Part shown: positions 56,299 to 64,000 of the stretch, one piece after another
Position numbering within the stretch: the first letter of the stretch is position 1
How the letters are laid out: each line of letters starts with the position of its first letter
Assembly: GCA_016200005.1 (NCBI GenBank)
Contig: JACQFP010000006.1
Location: forward strand, 216,929 to 280,928
Source: Verrucomicrobiota bacterium
GTDB lineage: Bacteria > Verrucomicrobiota > Verrucomicrobiia > Limisphaerales > PALSA-1396
Reading direction: 5' to 3'
Length of the DNA stretch: 64,000 nt
Program-made: the position numbers and the translations under genes
Notes under the pieces: generated by a model
Told to the model about the DNA's origin: nothing
The model's input: only the letters and a program-made list of their open reading frames with translations
The model's database searches: none

Positions 56299-56362
56299 GC
56301 ACCCTAAAGGGTGGACACCGAACCGTCGCGGCCCTGTTTGGTGTCCACCCTTTAGGGTGTGC
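56299..56362. repeat. family D hairpin (GGTGTCCACCCTTTAGGGTG type)
   Basis: CACCCTAAAGGGTGGACACC (56300-56319) and its exact complement GGTGTCCACCCTTTAGGGTG (56340-56359). Related to the inner arms at 10274-10336. Confidence 0.8.
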
Positions 56363-56462
56363 CGGCGGCAGCAAGCAGGGTAGCAGTGTCAAGATGCGCT
56401 CCGTACCGTGCTTTCAACGGCGCCATTGTGTGTCCCATGTCGTTTGCGATACCATCGCCGAC

Positions 56463-58847
56463 ATGAAAGCCCGTGTGGTTTGCTATCTCGTCACGCTGCT
56501 GGCTCTGGGCATGGGATCATCACGAACTCCGGCGCTTGAGCCGATCCCGGATAAACTGGTTGTGCTGACCTTCGATGACTCCGTGGCGTCGCAATACTCG
56601 GTGGTGCGGCCCATCTTGAAGCGTTACGGATTCGGCGCCACGTTCTTCATCACCGAGGGTTTTTCCTTTCCCACCAACAAACGCGATTACATGACGTGGG
56701 AACAGATCAGGGAACTGCATCAGGACGGATTCGAGATCGGCAATCATACGCGCGATCACCTCGGTGTTTCGGACCGGACGCTTGGGCAATTGCGTGAACA
56801 GATCGAAGCCATCAACGCGCGCTGCGCCGAGCATGGCATTCCGCGGCCCGTCAGTTTCGCTTATCCGGGAAACGCCATCACACCGGGTGCGCTGCCAATT
56901 CTCAAGGAACTCGGCTTCCGTTTTGCCCGGCGCGGCGGCGCGCCGGAGCATCCGTATGCATGGGGACGCGGCTTCGCCTACGAACCGGGCTTGGACCATC
57001 CGTTGTTGATTCCATCGGCGGGCGATGCGCGGCCCGACTGGACGCTCGATGATTTCAAGCGAGGGGTGGACCAGGCGCGCGCTGGCCGGATCGCGGTCAT
57101 GCAATTCCATGGCGTGCCGGATAATGAGCATCCGTGGGTAAACTCGCGGCCAGAGCGTTTCGAGGAATACATGCGCTACTTGAAGACCAACGACTTCAAA
57201 GTCATCGCGCTTCGCGACCTGGCCCGCTACGTCGATCCGGATCGGGCACCGGCTGACCCGTTGGCGATTGTCGAAAAGCGAAAGGCTGGGCGCAAGGAGG
57301 TGGTCGTCGAGGGAGAGGTTGTGGACGCAGCGGGCGGGAAACTGCTCCCGGCGAGAGTTTACATTCGTGGCGGCGACGGCACCTGGTATTTTCCGAAGTC
57401 CGCTTCCTCAGCCGGCACCGCGATTCGTTACGAGCGACGCAATGGCGCCAACCCAAATGCAGTGGAGATGCACACCACACTTTCGGCGCATCCGTTTCAA
57501 ATCGAACTGCTGCCCGGCCGTTACACCTTTACCTTTGAGCATGGGAAGGAATATTTTCCCGAAACTCGCGAGGTGGTCGTTGAGCGTGGATTGCCGAAGC
57601 TCACGTTTCGACTGCGCCGGTGGGTGAACATGGCTGAGGAGGGTTGGTTTTCCGGCGACACGCACAATCACCGCGATCCGGCTGAGTTACCCAACACGAT
57701 GCTGGCCGAGGATGTGAATGTCGCCCTGCCGATGGTGGACTGGACGACGAGTTCAACCATAGCGCCGAGCGCGAGCGGACGCGGCTTTCAGGGAAACTTT
57801 GGCGATGCACCAGTGCCGATCGACGCTACCCATGTTTGGAATCCACGAAATACCGAGTATGAGATTTTTCAAACCGGGAGAAGCAACCACATGCTGGGCG
57901 CACTGCTGATCTTGAATCATCGGACGCGTTTTGATGAACCGGTGTTGCCGGTGGGGCGCATTGCCGAGAAAGCGCGGGCCGAAGGCGCGTTGCTCGACCT
58001 CGAGAAGCACAATTGGCCGTGGTCCATCGCCCTCGTGCCATTGCTCAAAGTTGATCTGTTCGAACTCGCCAACAATCATCACTGGGAAACGGAGTACGCG
58101 GTGAGGAATTGGGCCGTGCCGGCGCCAGCGTGGATGGGGTTGTCCAATTCAGGCACGGGCACGGAACGCGATTGGACGCTCTACGGTTTTCAGACCTACT
58201 ACGCGCTGTTGAACTGTGGGTTTCGATTGCGCCCCTCTGCCGGCACGGCCAACGGCGTCCATCCGGTGCCCCTCGGTTTCAGCCGGGTGTACGTTCATCT
58301 TGACGAGCCGTTCACTTACGATGCCTGGATGCGCGGACTCGCAGCGGGCCGCAGTTTCGTGACCACCGGCCCGATGGTGTTTGCGAAAGTCGATGACCAG
58401 TGGCCGGGAGCCACATTTCAGGCGACCAACCAGGCGAAGGATTACCGACTCGACTGCACCGTGCGGAGCAAGCAACCACTGGAAACCGTTGAACTGATCG
58501 TGAACGGCCTCGTGACCCAGCGCTTCGAACCGCAGAACAAGAAAACCGAAGTTGGCTCGTTCGCGACAGAGATAACGACCAGCTTCAGTCCCAAGACAAC
58601 GTCTTGGCTGGCGTGGCGCTGCTTTGAAACGAGGCTCGCCGGCCGTTTCCGTTTTGCTCATACAGCGCCGTGGTATTTCGAAGTTACAGGCCAACCGCTT
58701 CAGCCGCGCCGGGTGGAAACGGACTGGCTGGTGGCGCGCGTGAAGGAAGAGATCGCTCGAAGCCGGGGTATCGCGCCGGAAGGATTGATCGAGGATTACC
58801 AACGCGCGCTCAAGATGTATGAGAAAATTGCAGCGATGGCGCGATAG
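56463..58847 (+). CDS. polysaccharide deacetylase (NodB-like) domain fused to a CehA/McbA-like metallohydrolase region
   Basis: ATG at 56463 with signal peptide. VVLTFDDSVASQY...GNHTRDH (NodB motifs). A later WFSGDTHNHRD metal-binding motif. Confidence 0.7.
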   Translation: MKARVVCYLVTLLALGMGSSRTPALEPIPDKLVVLTFDDSVASQYSVVRPILKRYGFGATFFITEGFSFPTNKRDYMTWEQIRELHQDGFEIGNHTRDHLGVSDRTLGQLREQIEAINARCAEHGIPRPVSFAYPGNAITPGALPILKELGFRFARRGGAPEHPYAWGRGFAYEPGLDHPLLIPSAGDARPDWTLDDFKRGVDQARAGRIAVMQFHGVPDNEHPWVNSRPERFEEYMRYLKTNDFKVIALRDLARYVDPDRAPADPLAIVEKRKAGRKEVVVEGEVVDAAGGKLLPARVYIRGGDGTWYFPKSASSAGTAIRYERRNGANPNAVEMHTTLSAHPFQIELLPGRYTFTFEHGKEYFPETREVVVERGLPKLTFRLRRWVNMAEEGWFSGDTHNHRDPAELPNTMLAEDVNVALPMVDWTTSSTIAPSASGRGFQGNFGDAPVPIDATHVWNPRNTEYEIFQTGRSNHMLGALLILNHRTRFDEPVLPVGRIAEKARAEGALLDLEKHNWPWSIALVPLLKVDLFELANNHHWETEYAVRNWAVPAPAWMGLSNSGTGTERDWTLYGFQTYYALLNCGFRLRPSAGTANGVHPVPLGFSRVYVHLDEPFTYDAWMRGLAAGRSFVTTGPMVFAKVDDQWPGATFQATNQAKDYRLDCTVRSKQPLETVELIVNGLVTQRFEPQNKKTEVGSFATEITTSFSPKTTSWLAWRCFETRLAGRFRFAHTAPWYFEVTGQPLQPRRVETDWLVARVKEEIARSRGIAPEGLIEDYQRALKMYEKIAAMAR

Positions 58848-58904
58848 ACGGCCGCTTGAACGAAGAACTGGACAAGCCGGGCTGGAGGGTGGCAGTGTAG
58901 TCAA

Positions 58905-59375
58905 ATGGGAAAGTTCATTCTAGGTTTCGTCTTGGGAGCCGTCATAGCAAGCATAGTTACAGCCGTATTCTTGACTCGACAATTTGTCGACTCAGAGCGA
59001 CTCATCCAACAAGGGGATTTGGCGAAAGAAATAACTGAGGCGTTCGATGCCTACAAAAACCAAGACGCTTTGATCGCTAAATGGGAGTTGAACCGGCTTT
59101 TGCCCAGCCTTCACAAAGCGGCAGAGCTCGAAATCGAAGACAATGACCGGATCAGTTTCTATCTATTGTTGACTCACGGCCGCCTTTCAAAATTGTATTT
59201 CTCGCAGAATGACGATGAGAACGCTTCACGACATGCGGCGTTGGCTATTTCTGCAGGGAACAGCGTTTCGTTGATCCACACTGGAGCGACGACAATTCAA
59301 CTCTACGAGGTGTTGGAGAAATTCGATACACAAGGTTCATCCGAAATGAAAATTCCTAAAGGAGAAACCCGCTAA
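58905..59375 (+). CDS. hypothetical membrane-anchored protein, A/T-richer than surroundings
   Basis: MGKFILGFVLGAVIASIVTAVFL TM anchor. Composition is visibly less GC-rich. No motif recognised. Confidence 0.45.
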   Translation: MGKFILGFVLGAVIASIVTAVFLTRQFVDSERLIQQGDLAKEITEAFDAYKNQDALIAKWELNRLLPSLHKAAELEIEDNDRISFYLLLTHGRLSKLYFSQNDDENASRHAALAISAGNSVSLIHTGATTIQLYEVLEKFDTQGSSEMKIPKGETR

Positions 59376-59480
59376 GAGCAAAGCCCAGTAAACTTATCTC
59401 AACATAAAGTGGACAATGCTATTCCTGGATGTGCTGGGCTGACTGAATGAAGGTAACCTGAACCTCTAAAAATTCACTGA

Positions 59481-60227
59481 TCACTTCAGCAGCGACATTA
59501 AACTGTCCTGCATGGCGTCGGCCCAAATCTGATAACCGTTGGCGTTGGGATGCAGATAGTCCGGCATCACTTCCTTGGACATCGTTCCGTCCGGCTCCAA
59601 AAACTTGTCGCCGATGTCGAGATACTTCACGAGTTTGCCGTCGTCCAACCTGGCGATGCTGGAATTGATCTCTTTGATTTTGACGCGATTGGGGGTGTTG
59701 GGTTGGGCGTCGCGTGGGAAAATACCCAGCAGCAGAATTTTGCTTTGCGGAAGGCGAGTCCGAAACTCCTTTACGATGGCCATGATGCCTTCGACGATTT
59801 CAGGAGCGGAATTACTGCGGGTGTTGTTCGTGCCGATCATCAGGACGATCACCCTGGGTTTGATGCCGTCCAGCTCGCCATTCTGCAACCGCCACAACAC
59901 ATACCGCCACAACACATGCTCGGTGCGGTCGGCGGAAATGCCAAAGTCCGCCGCCTTGAGCGGGACGTAACGTTCCTGCCAGAGTTTTTGGTTGCGCCAG
60001 CCGTCGGTGATGGAATCGCCGACGAACAGCACATCGATGCCGCCCTCTTTGGCTTGCGCTACGAATCCTTCGTGTCGTTTGAGCCAGCCGGCCTCGCGCG
60101 GAACGGGTTTGATGGCCGTGTTGCCTGCCGGACTGGTTTGTGGGTCGGCGGCGCACGTTGTCCGTGCGACGAGTGTGCAAAGTGCGAAGGTGACTAAAAA
60201 CGAGCGAGCGGCTAAAGATTTTTGCAT
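59481..60227 (-). CDS. SGNH/GDSL hydrolase (PAF acetylhydrolase IB-like)
   Basis: Signal peptide, VLFVGDSITDGW (block I Ser), GTNN (block III), DYLHPN (block V). Contains a 15-bp tandem duplication. Confidence 0.8.
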   Translation of the reverse strand: MQKSLAARSFLVTFALCTLVARTTCAADPQTSPAGNTAIKPVPREAGWLKRHEGFVAQAKEGGIDVLFVGDSITDGWRNQKLWQERYVPLKAADFGISADRTEHVLWRYVLWRLQNGELDGIKPRVIVLMIGTNNTRSNSAPEIVEGIMAIVKEFRTRLPQSKILLLGIFPRDAQPNTPNRVKIKEINSSIARLDDGKLVKYLDIGDKFLEPDGTMSKEVMPDYLHPNANGYQIWADAMQDSLMSLLK

Positions 60228-60559
60228 ATGGCTTTTGTAGCGTGAAGTTTGACAGAGATCAACTTGTCTGTTGGATGCGTTGGAGTTCACGCTTCAGCGT
60301 GTCAGGACGACGTTAGCATCGTGGTGACGAGGCTAAACTATGCAGTTGAATACACCCATTTCCATGAACCTTGTAGCGCAGCCGTCCCGGCTGCGAGTTC
60401 GTGCGGCGTCTCGCCGCTCGGAAAAACACGGAGCGGGACGCCCCGTGAACTCGCAGGCGAGGACGCCCGCGCTACGACCGCAGTCCGAGTTCAGAGATTC
60501 AAGGCGCGAATTGTTTCGGGGAGTTCTCACCCGGGCGCGCCCCATCGACCTGCTGCCAG

Positions 60560-60640
60560 CCCACCCACCCCGGACCCCTCCCAGGAGGGGAACAATCCCA
60601 CGTGCGTTGCTCCCCTCCTGGGAGGGGCTGGGGGTGGGTT
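60560..60640. repeat. family B double-hairpin repeat, copy 3 (with extended flanks 60489-60700)
   Basis: CCCACCCACCCCGGACCCCTCCCAGGAGGGGAA...CTCCCCTCCTGGGAGGGGCTGGGGGTGGG. The left flank GTTCAGAGATTCAAGGCGCGAATTGTTTCGGGGAGTTCTCACC... is repeated in inverted form at 62038-62105. Confidence 0.8.
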
Positions 60641-60757
60641 CAGGGCTTAACGCACGACATCGTCATTCGGGGAATTCTCCCATCCGATGGGGAGGCATGA
60701 ACACGAACCGCTTTTTCTCCTCCTCATCCGCCTGAATTCTGTCATACACATCCATGT

Positions 60758-61858
60758 GTGAAAGAAGCGGAATCCAGTTATCTCGCGACTGCCCTTCATC
60801 CAAGTCTTGGCGACGAACCGGCCAACGGGCGGATTGTTGTCAGCCGCTGGACGCTGCGGTTCGAGTCCGAGGCCGGGAATGTCGAGCTGCCCATAGCGGG
60901 GCTGCAAATCGAGTTCAGCGAGGAGGCGGATCGAGTTTTCTTTTCGCACCCCGATCACCCCGACTGGACCATCTACACTTATGATCTGCACATTTTGGAA
61001 CACCATGCGCTGGCGCAAAACACGCAGGTTCGAAATCAAATCAAGGAGGTGCAGGCGCGCGGGGCTGGCCGAAAGGCGCTGATCATCACCGCGAGTTTCC
61101 TGGTCTGCTTCGGCATTGCGGCGGCACTGGTGTCCTGGCTCAGCGGTTGGATGGTTCGTACGCTGGTCGCCAAGGTGCCCGTCGAATGGGAGGCCGACCT
61201 TGGTAATTCACTGTTCGAAGAAATCAAGACCGAGGATAAAACGTCGGGCGCTACGAAGCCGGCGGCGGAACTGAAAGCATTGACCGACCGGCTGGCTCGC
61301 GCCCTGCCGGATACGAACCGCACGTTTCAAATCCACCTCCTCGATGTTCCCATCCCCAATGCCTTCGCGTTGCCGGGCGGACACTTGATGGTGAACACCG
61401 GCTTGTTGGAGGTCGTGAAAGGTCCGGAAGAATTGGCCGGCGTGCTCGCGCACGAAATGGCCCACGTCACGCAACGCCATGGTTTCCGCAAGATCATCTC
61501 CGCCATGGGACCGTTTCTGCTCGCGCGGCTGTTGACTGGAAATAATCGCGGCTTGTTGGGCGTCATCGGCAACAGTTCCGGTGTCTTGGTCGGGCAAACC
61601 TATTCCCGCGCGTATGAAAACGAGGCGGATGATGTCGGCTGGCAATATCTCGTGAATGCCAACATCGATCCGCGGGGAATGATCAGGGCGTTGCAGGCGT
61701 TGAAAGCCGAGGAAGACAAACTCAAATTGAGCCACACGAATCTGCGCGGGTTCAGTTCGCATCCTCCCACCGAGGCGCGAATTCGGCGGCTGGAAGCCAA
61801 GTGGGAGAAATTGAAACGGAAGACCGGCTTTGTGCAGTTTGATCCGCCCGGCCCATGA
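60758..61858 (+). CDS. M48 family zinc metallopeptidase
   Basis: HEMAHVTQRH (HExxH) and a downstream ENEAD glutamate. One TM segment. GTG start assumed. Confidence 0.8.
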   Translation: MKEAESSYLATALHPSLGDEPANGRIVVSRWTLRFESEAGNVELPIAGLQIEFSEEADRVFFSHPDHPDWTIYTYDLHILEHHALAQNTQVRNQIKEVQARGAGRKALIITASFLVCFGIAAALVSWLSGWMVRTLVAKVPVEWEADLGNSLFEEIKTEDKTSGATKPAAELKALTDRLARALPDTNRTFQIHLLDVPIPNAFALPGGHLMVNTGLLEVVKGPEELAGVLAHEMAHVTQRHGFRKIISAMGPFLLARLLTGNNRGLLGVIGNSSGVLVGQTYSRAYENEADDVGWQYLVNANIDPRGMIRALQALKAEEDKLKLSHTNLRGFSSHPPTEARIRRLEAKWEKLKRKTGFVQFDPPGP

Positions 61859-61929
61859 GTGGTCGGCTGTGACAACGGGGAGAGAATTCCCCGAAAGAAG
61901 ATTCCACGATTCCACGCATTAAACCCGTG

Positions 61930-62035
61930 AACCCGCCGCCAGCCCCTCCCAGGTGGGGAGCGGCCCGCCTGCTTCGCGGTGGGCAGGCGCACGGTCGCTT
62001 GCTTCCCTCTTGGGAGGGGTCAGGGGTGGGTTGGG
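61930..62035. repeat. family B double-hairpin repeat, copy 4 (with extended flanks 61868-62105)
   Basis: CCGCCGCCAGCCCCTCCCAGGTGGGGAG...TTCCCTCTTGGGAGGGGTCAGGGGTGGG. Flanked on both sides by GAGAATTCCCCGAAAG motifs. Confidence 0.75.
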
Positions 62036-62201
62036 TTGGCAGCAGGTCCATGGGGAGCGCCGGGGTGAGAATTCCCCGAAAGATTCGCGCATTGAACCCC
62101 TGAACTGCCCGGACAAATTTATGTTGCATATGCAACATGAAACTGTCCGAGCGGTTCATGGAGAGGGGGCGTTCAACACCGTCGTTCCGGCTCGGACCTG
62201 A

Positions 62202-63269
62202 TCAATTCTTTTCCGGCTCGAACAGTTTCCGATGCCGTTCGGCTTTCGGCAGTTTGCCCGTAACGCGGACTTCCCGATAAAACTTTTCGAGGTTGCCGTG
62301 GTTCTGTTGTAAAAGCTTTTGGAATGCCGGGACGAGATCATAGTAGGTGGCCACGGTGTTGAGTTGCGCGTTGTTGAGCGGTTGCGAGAACCAGTTGTCA
62401 TAATTGCCGACCCCGCCCCACTGCGCTTTGAGTCGCTCGTAGTTGCGGCGCAGTCGCCCCAGGATGTCTTCCCTTTGTCGCCGTCGCTCGGCTAACGAGT
62501 GCAGGATGTTCGTGGCGCAGCCCGAGCTTTCTTTGTCGTAAAATGATCCAAGCTCGCGCCGGGTCGCTTGAACCAAGCGCACGAATTGTTCGTTACGTTC
62601 AATCGCGAGTTGATAGTCTCCCAACGCCGCCGCATCCCCCGAGGCCAGCAGCCAGCGTCGCACGCCCTCTTGTCCCACCGTCGTGGCAAATGCTTCGTTG
62701 AAATCCGTGTCGCCGTGGATAAATTCCCGTTGGTGCGCCAGTTCATGAAAAATGGTCTCCGCCAGCTCCGCTTCGCTGTGATTGATGAACGTGTTTAGGA
62801 CGGGGTCTTTGAACCAACCCAGCGTGGAGTAGGCTTCCACTCCTTCCACGTAAACATCAAACCCTTTTCCCGCCAGGCTGTCCCCGTAGTGTCGGGCGTC
62901 GTGTTCCGAAAAATAGCCGCGATACTTGAGGCTGCCGACCACCGGATACCACCACGTTTTGGGCGTCAACGAGAATTCCGGCGCGGCATGAACGTTCCAA
63001 ACCACGTAGCGGCGATGGAGATCGACGTAGCTCCGGTAATGACCGTTGGCCGGCAGTTTGAGTTCCGACTCTGCAAACTCACGCAGCTTGAGGACCACTT
63101 GGAATTTTTCCTTGAGTGACGCTGGCGTCTGCGGATCGGCAATCAACTCGCTCATGGGCCGCCGATGTTTCAGAACCTGGTATTGACCCTGGACCGCCTG
63201 CTTATAGTAGTTGGCGGTCTGGCAACCCGTAAGCCCTGCCGCCAACATGAGCAAAAATACGCGCGTCAC
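62202..63269 (-). CDS. putative lipoprotein zinc aminopeptidase (DUF2265-type)
   Basis: Lipobox LAAGLTGC and HELAHQ zinc motif. Overall resemblance to the predicted-aminopeptidase family. Confidence 0.65.
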   Translation of the reverse strand: MTRVFLLMLAAGLTGCQTANYYKQAVQGQYQVLKHRRPMSELIADPQTPASLKEKFQVVLKLREFAESELKLPANGHYRSYVDLHRRYVVWNVHAAPEFSLTPKTWWYPVVGSLKYRGYFSEHDARHYGDSLAGKGFDVYVEGVEAYSTLGWFKDPVLNTFINHSEAELAETIFHELAHQREFIHGDTDFNEAFATTVGQEGVRRWLLASGDAAALGDYQLAIERNEQFVRLVQATRRELGSFYDKESSGCATNILHSLAERRRQREDILGRLRRNYERLKAQWGGVGNYDNWFSQPLNNAQLNTVATYYDLVPAFQKLLQQNHGNLEKFYREVRVTGKLPKAERHRKLFEPEKN

Positions 63270-63349
63270 TTCAGAACATTAGAATGTTGCCGCGACTGGG
63301 TCGAGGATAACCAATCCGACGATTCAAAATCGCGCCCTGCGGGAAAGGG

Positions 63350-64000
63350 TTAGAACGGGAGCGCGATTCCGGCGAACAGGACAGGGTTGCGTTTCGCATC
63401 CAGTCCGATATGCAGGTAACCGCCGTTCTTGAACTGCTTGTAGAGTTTAACCACGAGTCCTTTTTGATCGTCGCGCTGACCGAACTCGTAGGAGGTGCCG
63501 ACGTCGAAAGAGATTCCGTGGGTCAGCGGCACGGACAATGCCAGCTCGACCCTCTGTTCCGCGAACAGGTGATAATAGTAGCGCGCATTGGCCAGCAGAA
63601 ATACCCGGTCGCCGTCCTTGAAAGCCATACTCACGAATGCGTAGGGACTCGTCCTGAATGGACGGACGCCGTAGTTCACGCTGCGGCTGGCCGACAACTG
63701 CTGCCACCAGGAGCGTTCCGCAGCCCGGTAAGACGGGTCGAGCGGAGACACCGCTTCCTCGTGAACATTGCCCAATGAGTTCAGGAGCAGATCGGTCACG
63801 AACGTTTGATGATCCTTGAGCCACACCATGAACGGAAGCTCGAGCACGGTTTCCCGGAAACTGTCCACAACCGCCCTTGAAAGCGAATGGCGGGCTGCGT
63901 CGGGAATGCGCTCGCGGAGTTGCTGGGAGTCTCGGTCCGCCAGTTTCAGGCTCCAATTCAAGGCGTTAAACGGTCGAAAATCATCAGCAAATTGTTCCTC
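63350..64000 (-). CDS. hypothetical protein, possible outer-membrane beta-barrel (5' end beyond window)
   Basis: The frame stays open upstream of the listed start to the window edge. The C-terminus ...NPVLFAGIALPF* ends in Phe, and the preceding sequence has alternating beta-strand-like patterns. Confidence 0.45.
   Translation of the reverse strand, partial: EEQFADDFRPFNALNWSLKLADRDSQQLRERIPDAARHSLSRAVVDSFRETVLELPFMVWLKDHQTFVTDLLLNSLGNVHEEAVSPLDPSYRAAERSWWQQLSASRSVNYGVRPFRTSPYAFVSMAFKDGDRVFLLANARYYYHLFAEQRVELALSVPLTHGISFDVGTSYEFGQRDDQKGLVVKLYKQFKNGGYLHIGLDAKRNPVLFAGIALPF

Overview
High-GC bacterial chromosomal window with about 55 protein-coding genes, 2 tRNAs, no rRNA and no CRISPR array. 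The gene content is consistent with a PVC-group or Verrucomicrobia-like genome, though that is inference only. The supporting genes are a formylglycine sulfatase, a prepilin-type N-methylation protein, a BlaR1/M56-secretin fusion, Ser/Thr kinases with TPR repeats, a four-helix-bundle cassette and dense palindromic intergenic repeats. Housekeeping content includes panE, HU, aguB, gluQ, an ABC-F ATPase, prfC, a coxS-L-M-G type molybdo-hydroxylase cluster, and an arnT-B-C-A(FT)-A(DH)-D aminoarabinose operon with split arnA. The stand-out region is 37.9-44.9 kb, where a Type I R-M locus hsdM-hsdS-X-hsdR' sits directly after tRNA-Phe. (i) X is an 849-aa PHP phosphoesterase fused to a Rad50/SMC-like ABC ATPase. 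It is translationally coupled to hsdS and sits in the slot PrrC occupies in the classical prr locus. (ii) hsdM carries an in-frame ~410-bp insertion encoding a complete DUF559/Vsr-like endonuclease domain bounded by ~22-bp inverted repeats. (iii) Short hairpin derivatives of the same repeat are inserted in-frame in hsdM, hsdR and a distant ankyrin gene. (iv) hsdR ends after its nuclease domain, about 16 nt from the arnD stop. A second theme is in-frame colonisation of conserved genes (prfC, gluQ) by other palindromic repeat families. There is also a REP-flanked RAYT (IS200-like Y1 transposase) unit, and an inverted-repeat-bounded four-helix-bundle gene cassette wedged between coxS and coxL. 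All domain calls were made by eye from motifs. No database search or numeric composition analysis was possible.
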